Positions 37,548 through 50,103 of a stretch of DNA of 64,000 nucleotides are shown one piece after another. The position numbers were made by a program, and so were the translations under genes. The stretch's first letter is position 1. The number at the start of each line of letters is the position of its first letter. The DNA comes from Octopus bimaculoides (taxonomy: Eukaryota): assembly GCF_001194135.2 (NCBI RefSeq), contig NC_068985.1:111107664-111171663 (forward strand). Reading direction: 5' to 3'. The notes under the pieces are model-generated. The model was not told where the DNA came from. It was given only the letters and a program-made list of their open reading frames with translations, and did not search any database.

Positions 37548-38800
37548 TTGGGTCATCCCATAAATAATGTGGTCTTTTTTATACATTATTTTTAAAAAAT
37601 TAAGATCCATCTATCTGATAGACTTGCAAGGCCCCTTTTCCAATACTCACTTGTGTGTGACGAAAAATATTCCTCCAGTACTGTTCTAACCTCGTCTTCA
37701 GAATTCATATTTTTTCCGTCCAAATGATTTTGAAGATGGCGGAATAAATGATCATCAGATGAGGTAATGTCCGGTGAACATGGTTTGCAGGGCATCGTTT
37801 CCCATTCAATCTGTTCCAGCCTTTGGAGTGTCATCCTCGCTGTATGTGGCCGAGCATTATCCTGATGGAAGAACAACTTTCGTCTTCAAACCAAAGATGG
37901 TCGCTTTTCTTCTAGTGCTGACTTAAGCCGCTCAATCTGCTCGCAATAGATCTCTTTTGCTTTCGTTTGGCTTAGAGTTTAAAAGTTCACAGTGGACTAA
38001 GCTTTTCATATCCCAGCAAACAGATAACAACACCTTACGTGGGTGAATACCTTCTTTAGCTGGGGTGGGCGGTCTTTCTCCTTTCCCTACCAACTGTCTT
38101 TCGCGCTTGACATTTTTATAGAGAATCCATTTCTCGTCAACAGTCACTGTTCGTTTCAAAGAAAAAAAAGAAAACAAAGAAAACAAAATAAGCTCATTCG
38201 TGAGACGTGACAGCAAAGAAGAGCACACATTCACTTTCTGCGCACGATTAGACTCGTAAAGTTTTTGAGAAGCACATTCACACTCAATTTGCTGACTTTT
38301 CCAATGGCACGCAAGTGTCGATGAATGGTTGAATGATCAAATCCAAGCTCCTCTTCTAGTTCCTCAACAGTTACGATGGGATTTTGTTCCACCAATGTAT
38401 GTACGACGTTTTCGTCGAGCTCTACAGATCTTCTAGGACGAGATTCGTCTTCTAGGCTGTTCTTTCCGGCTCGGAATTTCTGGAACCACTGTTGACACTG
38501 GCTTACGCGTATTGTCCGGTCCCCATTTACTGCATTACTAGTCTTCACACTTTCCGTTACGTTGTTGCCTTTATTGAACTCATAAAGCAAAATATGCCGA
38601 AATGCTCCTTTGTCACTTCCATTATAGCTTTGAAAATATAAGTGTTAAAATCGAACTGCACTCTTCAAAACTTAAGAATAATAACAAAGTAAAATTACTT
38701 CCAGCTTTTATAGCAAGTTTATGCAGGTAGTTTATCCCATCCACCGCCGACTTTTAGTTCATGCAATTGAAAAAACAGCATTATTTATGGGATGACCCAA
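37548..38800 (-). mobile_element. Near full-length mariner (DD34D-type) transposon, 1253 bp, transposase disrupted by frameshifts
   Basis: TIRs TA|TTGGGTCATCCCATAAATAATG at both ends. Peptides include MEVTKEH...LLYEF..G, WFQKFRAG..SLED, VTVDEKWILY, FHQDNARPH and SPDITSSDDHLF. Confidence 0.96.
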
Positions 38801-38815
38801 TATATATGTATATAA

Positions 38816-38847
<32 letters not shown>

Positions 38848-38920
38848 NNNNNNNNNNATATATATATATATATATATACTAACCCAGTCATATTATACAT
38901 ACATAATACATACACACATA

Positions 38921-39150
38921 TACTCTTTTACTCTTTTACTTGTTTCAGTCTTTTGACTGTGGTCATGCTGGAGCAACGCATTTAGTCGAGCAAATCAACA
39001 CCAGGACTTATTCTTTGGAAGCCTAGTACTTATTTGGTCGGCCCGAGGCTATAGTAGAAGACACTTGCCCAAGATGCCACGCAGTGGGACTGAACCTGGA
39101 ACCATGAGGTTGGTAAGCAAGCTACTTACCACACAGCCACTCCTACGCCT
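38921..39150 (-). mobile_element. SINE family A with the central microsatellite region deleted
   Basis: Direct junction ...GCCTAGTACTTAT|TTGGTCGGCCCGAGG... joins the tail half to the head half. Confidence 0.88.
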
Positions 39151-39683
39151 ACATATATATGCAATATATGTGTGTGTGCGTGTATATATATATATACACA
39201 CACATAGACACACACAGACACGCACACACATACACATACACATACATACTTACATATATACGTACATACATACACAGGCGTATACAGACATATAAGAGGA
39301 GCGAATAGTCAGTCGGCCTGCAACTGTTTAGTTTCGACCGAAAAACACTGATTGAGTTCATCTCGTCATTTTAGCCCGTGGTTAAATGTTTCTGTGTTTA
39401 ATTTAACATTTTTCCAGTCAAATATACCATAATTGGGAAAGTCTTTTTGTATTTCCAAATTTCCTCTGTGTTCTGTTTATAAAGTTGTTAGATTATTTTT
39501 TTTTTCCATACTGTATCTAGTTCCGTGGTTAGTCTATAGTCTATACATGCGTATACTAGTTGACCAAGCGGTTGTGGTGGTTAGTGAGTGCTACCTACGT
39601 TCATCATTGGTTTGCTGATATTTATAATTTATGATAATATTAAATATGACAACTGAGAAGCTTGGTACTAAATTATGTAACCA

Positions 39684-39748
39684 CAACGACGACTTCGACG
39701 ACGACGACTTCGACGACGACGACTTCGACGACGACGACTTCGACGACT
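39684..39748. repeat. 15-bp CpG-rich minisatellite (GACGACGACTTCGAC) x about 4
   Basis: Directly visible. Confidence 0.9.
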
Positions 39749-40600
39749 ATGGCAAGTTGTTCATACAAGCATACAGACATAATGCGTATACATGCCACCC
39801 ACACGGTTTTACGCACGCAGTATGTGTGTGTATGTGTTTGTGTGTATGTATACAAATATATATATGTATATATNNNNNNNNNNNNNNNNNNNNNNNNNNN
39901 NNNNNNNNNNNNNNNNNNNNNNNNNNNNNNNNNNNNNNNNNNNNNNNNNNNNNNNNNNNNNNNNNNNNNNNNNNNNNNNNNNNNNNNNNNNNNNNNNNNN
40001 NNNNNNNNNNNNNNNNNNNNNNNNNNNNNNNNNNNNNNNNNNNNNNNNNNNNNNNNNNNNNNNNNNNNNNNNNNNNNNNNNNNNNNNNNNNNNNNNNNNN
40101 NNNNNNNNNNNNNNNNNNNNNNNNNNNNNNNNNNNNNNNNNNNNNNNNNNNNNNNNNNNNNNNNNNNNNNNNNNNNNNNNNNNNNNNNNNNNNNNNNNNN
40201 NNNNNNNNNNNNNNNNNNNNNNNNNNNNNNNNNNNNNNNNNNNNNNNNNNNNNNNNNNNNNNNNNNNNNNNNNNNNNNNNNNNNNNNNNNNNNNNNNNNN
40301 NNNNNNNNNNNNNNNNNNNNNNNNNNNNNNNNNNNNNNNNNNNNNNNNNNNNNNNNNNNNNNNNNNNNNNNNNNNNNNNNNNNNNNNNNNNNNNNNNNNN
40401 NNNNNNNNNNNNNNNNNNNNNNNNNNNNNNNNNNNNNNNNNNNNNNNNNNNNNNNNNNNNNNNNNNNNNNNNNNNNNNNNNNNNNNNNNNNNNNNNNNNN
40501 NNNNNNNNNNNNNNNNNNNNNNNNNNNNNNNNNNNNNNNNNNNNNNNNNNNNNNNNNNNNNNNNNNNNNNNNNNNNNNNNNNNNNNNNNNTATATATATA

Positions 40601-41030
40601 TCTTTTGTCTTTTACTTGTTTCAGTCATTAGATTGCGGCAATGCTGGGGCACTGCCTTGGAGAATTTTTTAGTCGAATGTGTCGACTCCAGTACTTTAAA
40701 AGCCTGGTAGTTGTTCTATACAAGGACGTAAGCACACCAACACCGGTTGCCAAGCGGTATCGAGGGGACAAATAGGCATAAAGACACACACACACACAAA
40801 CACACGCACACACACATACACACGCACACACACAGACTTTCTCTCTCTATCTCTCTCTTACACACACACACATACAAGCCTCTTCCCATTTCCGTCAACC
40901 GAATTCCACTCACAAGGCTTTGGTCGGCCATAGCAGAAGACACTTGCCGAAGGTGCAAAGTAGCGGGACTGAACCCCGAACCATATTGTTAAGAAGCAAC
41001 CTTTTTAACACACAGCCACACCTGTGCCTA
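40601..41030 (-). mobile_element. SINE family A, diverged full-length copy
   Basis: Tail, internal CA array and head are all recognisable. Confidence 0.88.
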
Positions 41031-41104
41031 GGTATATATTTTTAATTACTTGTTGTTGCAGTCATTTAATGACTGAAATGCACGTCTTCACACTCTTCAA
41101 GCTA

Positions 41105-41367
41105 GGATCCATAAGTTGCAATGCCTGAATTATGAGATTTTGCAACATCCTCCATATTCCCTTGATATCTCTCCTAATGATCATCACTTATTTAAGCATT
41201 TTGAGCTTTTCAAAAGCAAGAGAATATTATTAAATAGAGAAGAAGTAATTGAAGCATTCGGACAGTTTATCACAACAAAAGATGAATTTTTCTTTAAAGA
41301 TGAACTATATGACAGAGAGAAACGTTAGGTAAACGTCATAAATGAGCATGGATCATACTTTGATTAA
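41105..41367 (+). mobile_element. Mariner transposase C-terminal remnant (different copy or family from 37548)
   Basis: HKLQCLNYEILQHPPYSLDISPNDHHLFKHF...EKR*VNVINEHGSYFD*. Confidence 0.85.
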
Positions 41368-41475
41368 ATAAAGCAGTTTTCTAACACTTCTGAAACATTT
41401 TATTGTTACCTTTCAAATACATTTCATAATATCATATATATACATAGACACAAACTCATTCATTCGCTGATTTAT

Positions 41476-41520
<45 letters not shown>

Positions 41521-41541
41521 TACACACATACATACATGTAT

Positions 41542-41828
41542 AAAGACCCCTTTCGGTCATGAATGACCATGTGATTGCACCTAGAAAGTTACCCTCCGAG
41601 GTACAAGTCCAGGCATTCTCCCCTCTCCATGCCACTGATGTTGTCTAAGGGAAAGGCAGAGGCTGATACAGCTTGGCACCAGTGACATCGCAACTCATTT
41701 CTACAGCTGAGTTAACTGGAGCAACGTAAAATAAAGTGTCTTGCTCAAGAACACGATACACAGCCCGATCCGGGAATCGAACTTACTACCTCATGATTGC
41801 GAGTCCGATGCTGTAACTACTGAGCCAT
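41542..41828 (-). mobile_element. SINE, family C head with tail type 3
   Basis: Head GGCTCAGTAG...GTTCGATTCCCGG and central TGTTCTTGAGCAAGACACT...CTCAGCTGTAGAAATGAGT, then a third unrelated tail. Confidence 0.82.
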
Positions 41829-42225
41829 ACATACAGACAGACAGACAAAAGACAGATAGACATATGGCTCGCATAGTTATGTTTTCTGTCTGTGTATCTG
41901 TAGATATATGTATATAGATATGCACCCCGCCACACACACACATAAACACACTGTATTCTTAATAGGTAGAAAGTTACAGAAATGACCCAAATGTCGAGAA
42001 TTCCGTACATAATACTTGCTTGTTAAGTTTTGAGAGTATCATCACCACCCTGTATCTTCTTTCACGTTCTATGTTTCCTGTATTTAATCCGGCTATATCC
42101 GGCTCAAATGTTCTATCTGTTTTACGTTCTAACTGACCAGATCTGGCCTCTCACACCTACTCTACAATATCATTCTCAAAATAAACAATCACATCAGTAA
42201 GATCTTACGGCTACAAGATAATATA

Positions 42226-42691
42226 TACTCTTTACTCTTTTACTCTTTTACTTGTTTCAGTCATTTGACTGTGGCCATGCTGGAGCACCGCCTTTAGTCG
42301 AGCAAATCGACCCCAGAACTTATTCTTTGTAAGCCTAGTACTTATTCTATCCGTCTCTTTTGCCGAACCGCTAAGTTACTGGGACGTAAACACACCACCA
42401 TCGNNNNNNNNNNNNNNNNNNNNNNNNNNNNNNNNNNNNNNNNNNNNNNNNNNNNNNNNNNNNNNNNNNNNNNNNNNNNNNNNNNNNNNNNNNNNNNNNN
42501 NNNNNNNNNNNNNNTATACATATATACGACGGGCTTATTTCAGTTTCCGTTTACTAAATCCACTCACAAGGCTTTGGTCGGCCCGAGGCTATAGTAGAAA
42601 ACACTGGCACAAGGTGCCACGCAGTGGGACTGATTCCGGAACCATGTGGTTGGTAAGCAAGCTACTTACCACACAGCCACTCCTACACCTA
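42226..42691 (-). mobile_element. SINE family A, full-length, with a gap in the internal array
   Basis: (TACTCTT)3 tail and intact head ending CAGCCACTCCTACACCTA. Confidence 0.92.
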
Positions 42692-43079
42692 TGATTAATT
42701 CAAAACTATGAATACATAAGCATTACATCTGACGGAATAATTTGAATGCTAAAGAGTTGAGGGTCACGGCAATGGGTGAAATCAAGTATTGTCCATCGCA
42801 CTATAAACAGCTACTGTGATGTCGACGGAGGCGTCCTTACTGTCTAAGAAGTCCCCTCGTAGAGATCTATTGTGAACCATGTTACGCTTATCGCCGATTG
42901 GTCAGCGATAGCACGAATCGATAAGTAGTCGGAATTCTGCTTGTACCTTCAAAACGCATACCATTGGCTGGTTATCACTTGTGTTTACGCGACCGTGGAG
43001 CAAAGATGCGTATTTTTTTTTAATATGAATTTACGTACTTGTATCCATCAACATGGAATCAAGGAACAGGAAAATATAC

Positions 43080-43301
43080 GATAGTACCTGGTCCAGGTGA
43101 GTGTATTCTGTACTGGAAAAGGCAGAGATAATCAAGAAAATATGTTACCGTGAAAACTTCACTATTGTGGGCCGCATGTTTGATGTTAATGAATCTATCA
43201 TTCGTTCCGTTTACAAAATGTGAGTAGATGATTCATTTAGCATTGATTCATTTATCACTGTGTTTTTTTAACCCCCAACCCGTGATAAACGAGGGTCGAT
43301 G
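43080..43301 (+). mobile_element. Tigger/pogo-like remnant (N-terminal HTH plus right TIR)
   Basis: LEKAEIIKKICYRENFTIVGRMFDVNESIIRSVYK resembles the CENP-B-type HTH. The end CCGTGATAAACGAGGGTCGATG|TA is Tigger-like. Confidence 0.7.
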
Positions 43302-43392
43302 TATTTGACAGTTTCAGTGTATTGCAGTACAATGCAATCGTACTAATGACAATGTTTGATGTGGCTGCAGGCTGGTCCCAGACATTCTGTAG

Positions 43393-43591
43393 AATAATTT
43401 TTGTCTTACTGTCGTTGATTGAAAGGTCATACCTGCTTGTCGCTTCTTTTAATTTCAATTTTAAGTACTCGTTGCTTCTCATCCAAATGAGTAACAATGA
43501 TGCAATTATCGACGTAAAGGAAATCACTCGCTGTGTTCGTTTGCGTTTTTGTATTGGGTTTCAGTATTCTGATATTAAGCAGTTTACCGCC
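43393..43591 (-). mobile_element. RTE-clade LINE reverse-transcriptase fragment
   Basis: GGKLLNIRILKPNTKTQTNTASDFLYVDNCIIVTH (YADD-equivalent), then after a frameshift YDLSINDSKTKII. Confidence 0.8.
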
Positions 43592-43914
43592 TTTAGGATA
43601 ACTGGATTTCTTACGTTCTAGGATGCGTCTAAAAGCTTATTTGAATATAAAACCGAGATAAAGCACAGAAAGGATGGGTGTTAAGACGCATCTCTGCTTT
43701 AAACCAGTGTTCGTTTAGAAACGAGATCAGGACCTAACTACTTCTGGAATTCGTTTCACGGCCCTGATGCAGTGCAGTTAGTCTAATTTGCTTTGCAGAT
43801 ACACCCGTCTCCAGCAGCACAGCCCACAGAATCGGTACGGTTTACAGTGCCGAATGCATTCTTTGGATCGATAAAAAATTATATAGGGTGGTACATTCTG
43901 TTCTCAATTTTTTT

Positions 43915-44560
43915 CTTGCATACCGGACAAAATGCTTAGCGACATTTCGTCCGTCTTTACGTTCAGAGATAAAATCCCGCGAAAAGTCGGCTTTGCCTTT
44001 CATCCTTTCGGGGTCGATAGAATAAGTACCAGTTGCCTATTGAGGTCGATGTAATCGACTATCCCCCACTAAACTAAATTGCAGGGCTTGTGCATATAAT
44101 AGAAAGGATTATACATCTGAAGTTAAGGCGGTGAGTTGACAAAATTGTTAGCTCACCGAACAAAATGCTCAGTGGCATTTCATCCGCTCCAAGATAAAAT
44201 TCTGTCGAAGTCGACTTTGCCTTTCATCCTTTCGAGGTGGATGACTCCCAGTCGGTCACATTGACTCCAGTCAAACACTGGGGTCAATGTGATCAACTGT
44301 CCTTCGTCCCCTAAACTGACGTTCAGGGAAAGAGGTTTATTCATTCGACGTCGAAGAAGTGGCAGAATGGTTAGAGTGATGCGTTGTAATATTTAGCTAC
44401 GGTTCATTGCGTTCTCAGTTCAAATTCCACCAAGGTCAACTTTTGTGCTTTATCTTTTTTGTGCTTTATCTTTTCTTGGGTCAAGAAAGTAAACAACCAG
44501 TCAAATGCGGGGTCGATATGATTGACTGTTCCCTAAATTCAAATTTTCTAGCCTCATATC
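43915..44560 (+). mobile_element. Cluster of three family B SINE copies or fragments in tandem
   Basis: Repeated CTTTGCCTTTCATCC / GGTCGATGTAATCGAC motifs at about 43990, 44215 and 44420-44530. Confidence 0.82.
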
Positions 44561-45463
44561 TATCGAAAGCACTGTGATTTCAATTTGCTTTAGGTTATGT
44601 ATTGAGTACTTTATGCTTGTATTAAGAGCCCCCCCCCCCGACACACACACATGTATGTATGCATGTGTGCATGCGTGTATGTCAAGTGTTTGTATGCACC
44701 GTCCTACATCTGCTGCGGTTAATTTACATATAGACAACTTCTGACATCGGATGCAAGCTGTTCTGGCGTTACGTTATACAGNNNNNNNNNNNNNNNNNNN
44801 NNNNNNNNNNNNNNNNNNNNNNNNNNNNNNNNNNNNNNNNNNNNNNNNNNNNNNNNNNNNNNNNNNNNNNNNNNNNNNNNNNNNNNNNNNNNNNNNNNNN
44901 NNNNNNNNNNNNNNNNNNNNNNNNNNNNNNNNNNNNNNNNNNNNNNNNNNNNNNNNNNNNNNNNNNNNNNNNNNNNNNNNNNNNNNNNNNNNNNNNNNNN
45001 NNNNNNNNNNNNNNNNNNNNNNNNNNNNNNNNNNNNNNNNNNNNNNNNNNNNNNNNNNNNNNNNNNNNNNNNNNNNNNNNNNNNNNNNNNNNNNNNNNNN
45101 NNNNNNNNNNNNNNNNNNNNNNNNNNNNNNNNNNNNNNNNNNNNNNNNNNNNNNNNNNNNNNNNNNNNNNNNNNNNNNNNNNNNNNNNNNNNNNNNNNNN
45201 NNNNNNNNNNNNNNNNNNNNNNNNNNNNNNNNNNNNNNNNNNNNNNNNNNNNNNNNNNNNNNNNNNNNNNNNNNNNNNNNNNNNNNGTGGTGGTGATGAT
45301 GGTGATGATGGTCGTAGTGGTCGTGATGGCGGTGGTGGTGGAGGTAGTAGTAGTAGTAGTGATCATGATGGAGGTGACGGCGGTAGAGGTGACGGTGGCA
45401 GTGCTGATGGTGGTGGTAGTGGAACTGGCCGCAGTAGCCGTGATGGTGATGGTAGTGGTTGCT

Positions 45464-45494
<31 letters not shown>

Positions 45495-45509
45495 CAGCAG
45501 TAGTAGTAT

Positions 45510-45547
<38 letters not shown>

Positions 45548-45548
45548 T

Positions 45549-45601
<53 letters not shown>

Positions 45602-45663
45602 TTGGTGGTGGTAGTAGTAGTAGTAGTAGNNNNNNNNNNTAGTAGTAGCAGCAGTAGTAGTAT

Positions 45664-45701
<38 letters not shown>

Positions 45702-45747
45702 TTGGTGGTGGTAGTAGTAGTAGTAGTAGCAGCAGCAGCAGTAGTAT

Positions 45748-45788
<41 letters not shown>

Positions 45789-46873
45789 TTGGTAGTAGTT
45801 GTAGTAGTAGTAGTAGTAGTAGTAGCAGCAGTAGTAGTATTGGTGGTAGTAGTAGTAGTAGTAGTAGTATTGGTGGTGGTGGTGGTGGTAGTGGTTGTGG
45901 TGATGGTGGTGGTAACGGTGGTGGTAGTAGTGGTGGTGNNNNNNNNNNNNNNNNNNNNNNNNNNNNNNNNNNNNNNNNNNNNNNNNNNNNNNNNNNNNNN
46001 NNNNNNNNNNNNNNNNNNNNNNNNNNNNNNNNNNNNNNNNNNNNNNNNNNNNNNNNNNNNNNNNNNNNNNNNNNNNNNNNNNNNNNNNNNNNNNNNNNNN
46101 NNNNNNNNNNNNNNNNNNNNNNNNNNNNNNNNNNNNNNNNNNNNNNNNNNNNNNNNNNNNNNNNNNNNNNNNNNNNNNNNNNNNNNNNNNNNNNNNNNNN
46201 NNNNNNNNNNNNNNNNNNNNNNNNNNNNNNNNNNNNNNNNNNNNNNNNNNNNNNNNNNNNNNNNNNNNNNNNNNNNNNNNNNNNNNNNNNNNNNNNNNNN
46301 NNNNNNNNNNNNNNNNNNNNNNNNNNNNNNNNNNNNNNNNNNNNNNNNNNNNNNNNNNNNNNNNNNNNNNNNNNNNNNNGTGTTCACCTAAAGGGCACGA
46401 TCTGCCTGTCTGCCTGTCTCTATCAGTTTGGCTGGTTGGCAGTTTGGCCGGTTGGCTGGCAGGCGAGCTGTACGGCTGGCTGGAAGGCTCTCCAACGTAC
46501 GATTATATGAATGTATGTATGCATGTATGTATGTATGTATGTATGTATGTATGTATGCATGTATGCATGTATGTATGTATGTATGTATTTATGTATGTAT
46601 GCATGTATGTATGTATGTATGTATGTATGTATCCATGCATGTATGTATGTATGTATGTATATATGTATGTATGTATGTATGTACGCTTGTAGGGATGGTT
46701 GGACGGTTGGATGGATCTACGTATGTATGCATGCATGTTTGTAAACATATATGTATGGATGGATTAACGTATGTATGTATGTATATGTGTCTACGTTTCA
46801 TTCTATCTCACTCTTCTATCCTCTTCTGTCCTCTCTGTGTGCAGCCCTGTGTGGCTAATAAAAGAAAGCTACC

Positions 46874-46929
<56 letters not shown>

Positions 46930-49900
46930 GATCTGTCTCTATCTCTCTCCGTTCACTCTCCCTGCCACCATAATCTCATCTCTGCTTGGTAAAATGCATT
47001 TGTGAAATGTTTGTCAGCTTATCTCTCTCTTTCTGTGTATATACATACATACATACATACATACATACATACATACATACATACATACACGCACACACAC
47101 ACATACACACACACACACACACATATATATATATGTATGTATACATATATGTATATATGTATATATATGTATATATATATATACATATATACATATACAC
47201 ACACACACACACACNNNNNNNNNNNNNNNNNNNNNNNNNNNNNNNNNNNNNNNNNNNNNNNNNNNNNNNNNNNNNNNNNNNNNNNNNNNNNNNNNNNNNN
47301 NNNNNNNNNNNNNNNNNNNNNNNNNNNNNNNNNNNNNNNNNNNNNNNNNNNNNNNNNNNNNNNNNNNNNNNNNNNNNNNNNNNNNNNNNNNNNNNNNNNN
47401 NNNNNNNNNNNNNNNNNNNNNNNNNNNNNNNNNNNNNNNNNNNNNNNNNNNNNNNNNNNNNNNNNNNNNNNNNNNNNNNNNNNNNNNNNNNNNNNNNNNN
47501 NNNNNNNNNNNNNNNNNNNNNNNNNNNNNNNNNNNNNNNNNNNNNNNNNNNNNNNNNNNNNNNNNNNNNNNNNNNNNNNNNNNNNNNNNNNNNNNNNNNN
47601 NNNNNNNNNNNNNNNNNNNNNNNNNNNNNNNNNNNNNNNNNNNNNNNNNNNNNNNNNNNNNNNNNNNNNNNNNNNNNNNNNNNNNNNNNNNNNNNNNNNN
47701 NNNNNNNNNNNNNNNNNNNNNNNNNNNNNNNNNNNNNNNNNNNNNNNNNNNNNNNNNNNNNNNNNNNNNNNNNNNNNNNNNNNNNNNNNNNNNNNNNNNN
47801 NNNNNNNNNNNNNNNNNNNNNNNNNNNNNNNNNNNNNNNNNNNNNNNNNNNNNNNNNNNNNNNNNNNNNNNNNNNNNNNNNNNNNNNNNNNNNNNNNNNN
47901 NNNNNNNNNNNNNNNNNNNNNNNNNNNNNNNNNNNNNNNNNNNNNNNNNNNNNNNNNNNNNNNNNNNNNNNNNNNNNNNNNNNNNNNNNNNNNNNNNNNN
48001 NNNNNNNNNNNNNNNNNNNNNNNNNNNNNNNNNNNNNNNCTTCGATTGACAATTACTCAGCATGACACAAGGTTTCGTTTCGTCAGTTTGTTGTTATCGA
48101 TTGTGCCGTTTCTGTTATTGTTGTTGTAGTTGTTGTTGTTGTTCCAATTGTCGCAATTACAGTTATTGTATTTGTCATTTAATTCTTTCTTGAGGTTGTT
48201 GTCGTGACTGCTGTTATTGCCATTATTGTTGTTGTTGTTGTTATGCTTGTTATTGTTCTTATGGTTGCTTTCGGGGACCGTAAATCACATGGCTGTACAA
48301 GACTCAGATTAAATTCCATGGAAGCCCATAGTCGGCCTATAACAGCCTCCAGTGGTTATTATGAACAGTCTAAAATTATGAGACAATCCTTCCGGTCATG
48401 TGACACAACCACGCACCTCTGCATGTTGCAACACTCCCACCACCAATAACCTCCTCCTCCTACCCACCACTACCACCACAATCACCACCGTCTCCGCTGC
48501 TGTTTGTATAGCTTACTTTCTAGAATATTATTTCCATTTCTGTGTCTTTCTTTTAATTTACGACGTTTCGCAATGTTTCCACTCATCATTGGTCTGTCTG
48601 TGAATCACGTATATCATTGCATTTTCGTCTTTTTGATTTGATTCCATTGCAATCTGTTTCCTTTACGGTTGAGATGGTGATGGAGGCAATGCTTTTCCTT
48701 CACCGTCCCCACCTTCAGCCCCCACAGCCACCGTTTTCACCACAACCTCCAAAACCACTACACCTCCTCCGTCACCGCCACCTCCACTGCCACCACCATC
48801 ACAACTATCATTTTCATCATCAACACCATCACTATCATCACCATCACTATCACCATCACCACCATCGTCATCATTATCAATATCGCCACCATCATCATCA
48901 CCACTATCATCATCATTGCCACCATCATCATCACCACCACCGTCGCCACCACTACCACCATCATCAACATCATCATCATCAACATCGCCACCTTCACCAT
49001 CACCACCTCTACCACCATCATGATTATCATCATCATCATTGCCACCATCACCACCACAACNNNNNNNNNNNNNNNNNNNNNNNNNNNNNNNNNNNNNNNN
49101 NNNNNNNNNNNNNNNNNNNNNNNNNNNNNNNNNNNNNNNNNNNNNNNNNNNNNNNNNNNNNNNNNNNNNNNNNNNNNNNNNNNNNNNNNNNNNNNNNNNN
49201 NNNNNNNNNNNNNNNNNNNNNNNNNNNNNNNNNNNNNNNNNNNNNNNNNNNNNNNNNNNNNNNNNNNNNNNNNNNNNNNNNNNNNNNNNNNNNNNNNNNN
49301 NNNNNNNNNNNNNNNNNNNNNNNNNNNNNNNNNNNNNNNNNNNNNNNNNNNNNNNNNNNNNNNNNNNNNNNNNNNNNNNNNNNNNNNNNNNNNNNNNNNN
49401 NNNNNNNNNNNNNNNNNNNNNNNNNNNNNNNNNNNNNNNNNNNNNNNNNNNNNNNNNNNNNNNNNNNNNNNNNNNNNNNNNNNNNNNNNNNNNNNNNNNN
49501 NNNNNNNNNNNNNNNNNNNNNNNNNNNNNNNNNNNNNNNNNNNNNNNNNNNNNNNNNNNNNNNNNNNNNNNNNNNNNNNNNNNNNNNNNNNNNNNNNNNN
49601 NNNNNNNNNNNNNNNNNNTGAAGTTTTCAGTGGTGTGGCCCGCCTGACAATGAGCCATGTCCTGTGTGGCCCTCCTTTCGAGAAAGCCTCTACTCGCTCC
49701 TCCTCCTCCTCCTCCACAACATTCTCGCCGCATCCTCCACCACCCGCATCACAACCACAACAACCTCAGCTACTTTCCTCACCACCACCACCACAACAAC
49801 AACAACAACAACAACAACAAGCACCACGCCATCATGACCATGAACTCCACCATCACCACAAACATCACCACCACCACCACCAACATCATCACCATCACCA

Positions 49901-50070
49901 CAACACCCACCATCAGCAACAACAACAACAACAACAACAACATCATCAACGGTCATCATGACAACACCAACAAAAAACGGCAAACACGACAACCATCGTT
50001 TATAACCATAAAAACTATAACCCAAACAACTGCAATAAACATCAACTCCATGATGATGATGATGATGATG

Positions 50071-50103
<33 letters not shown>

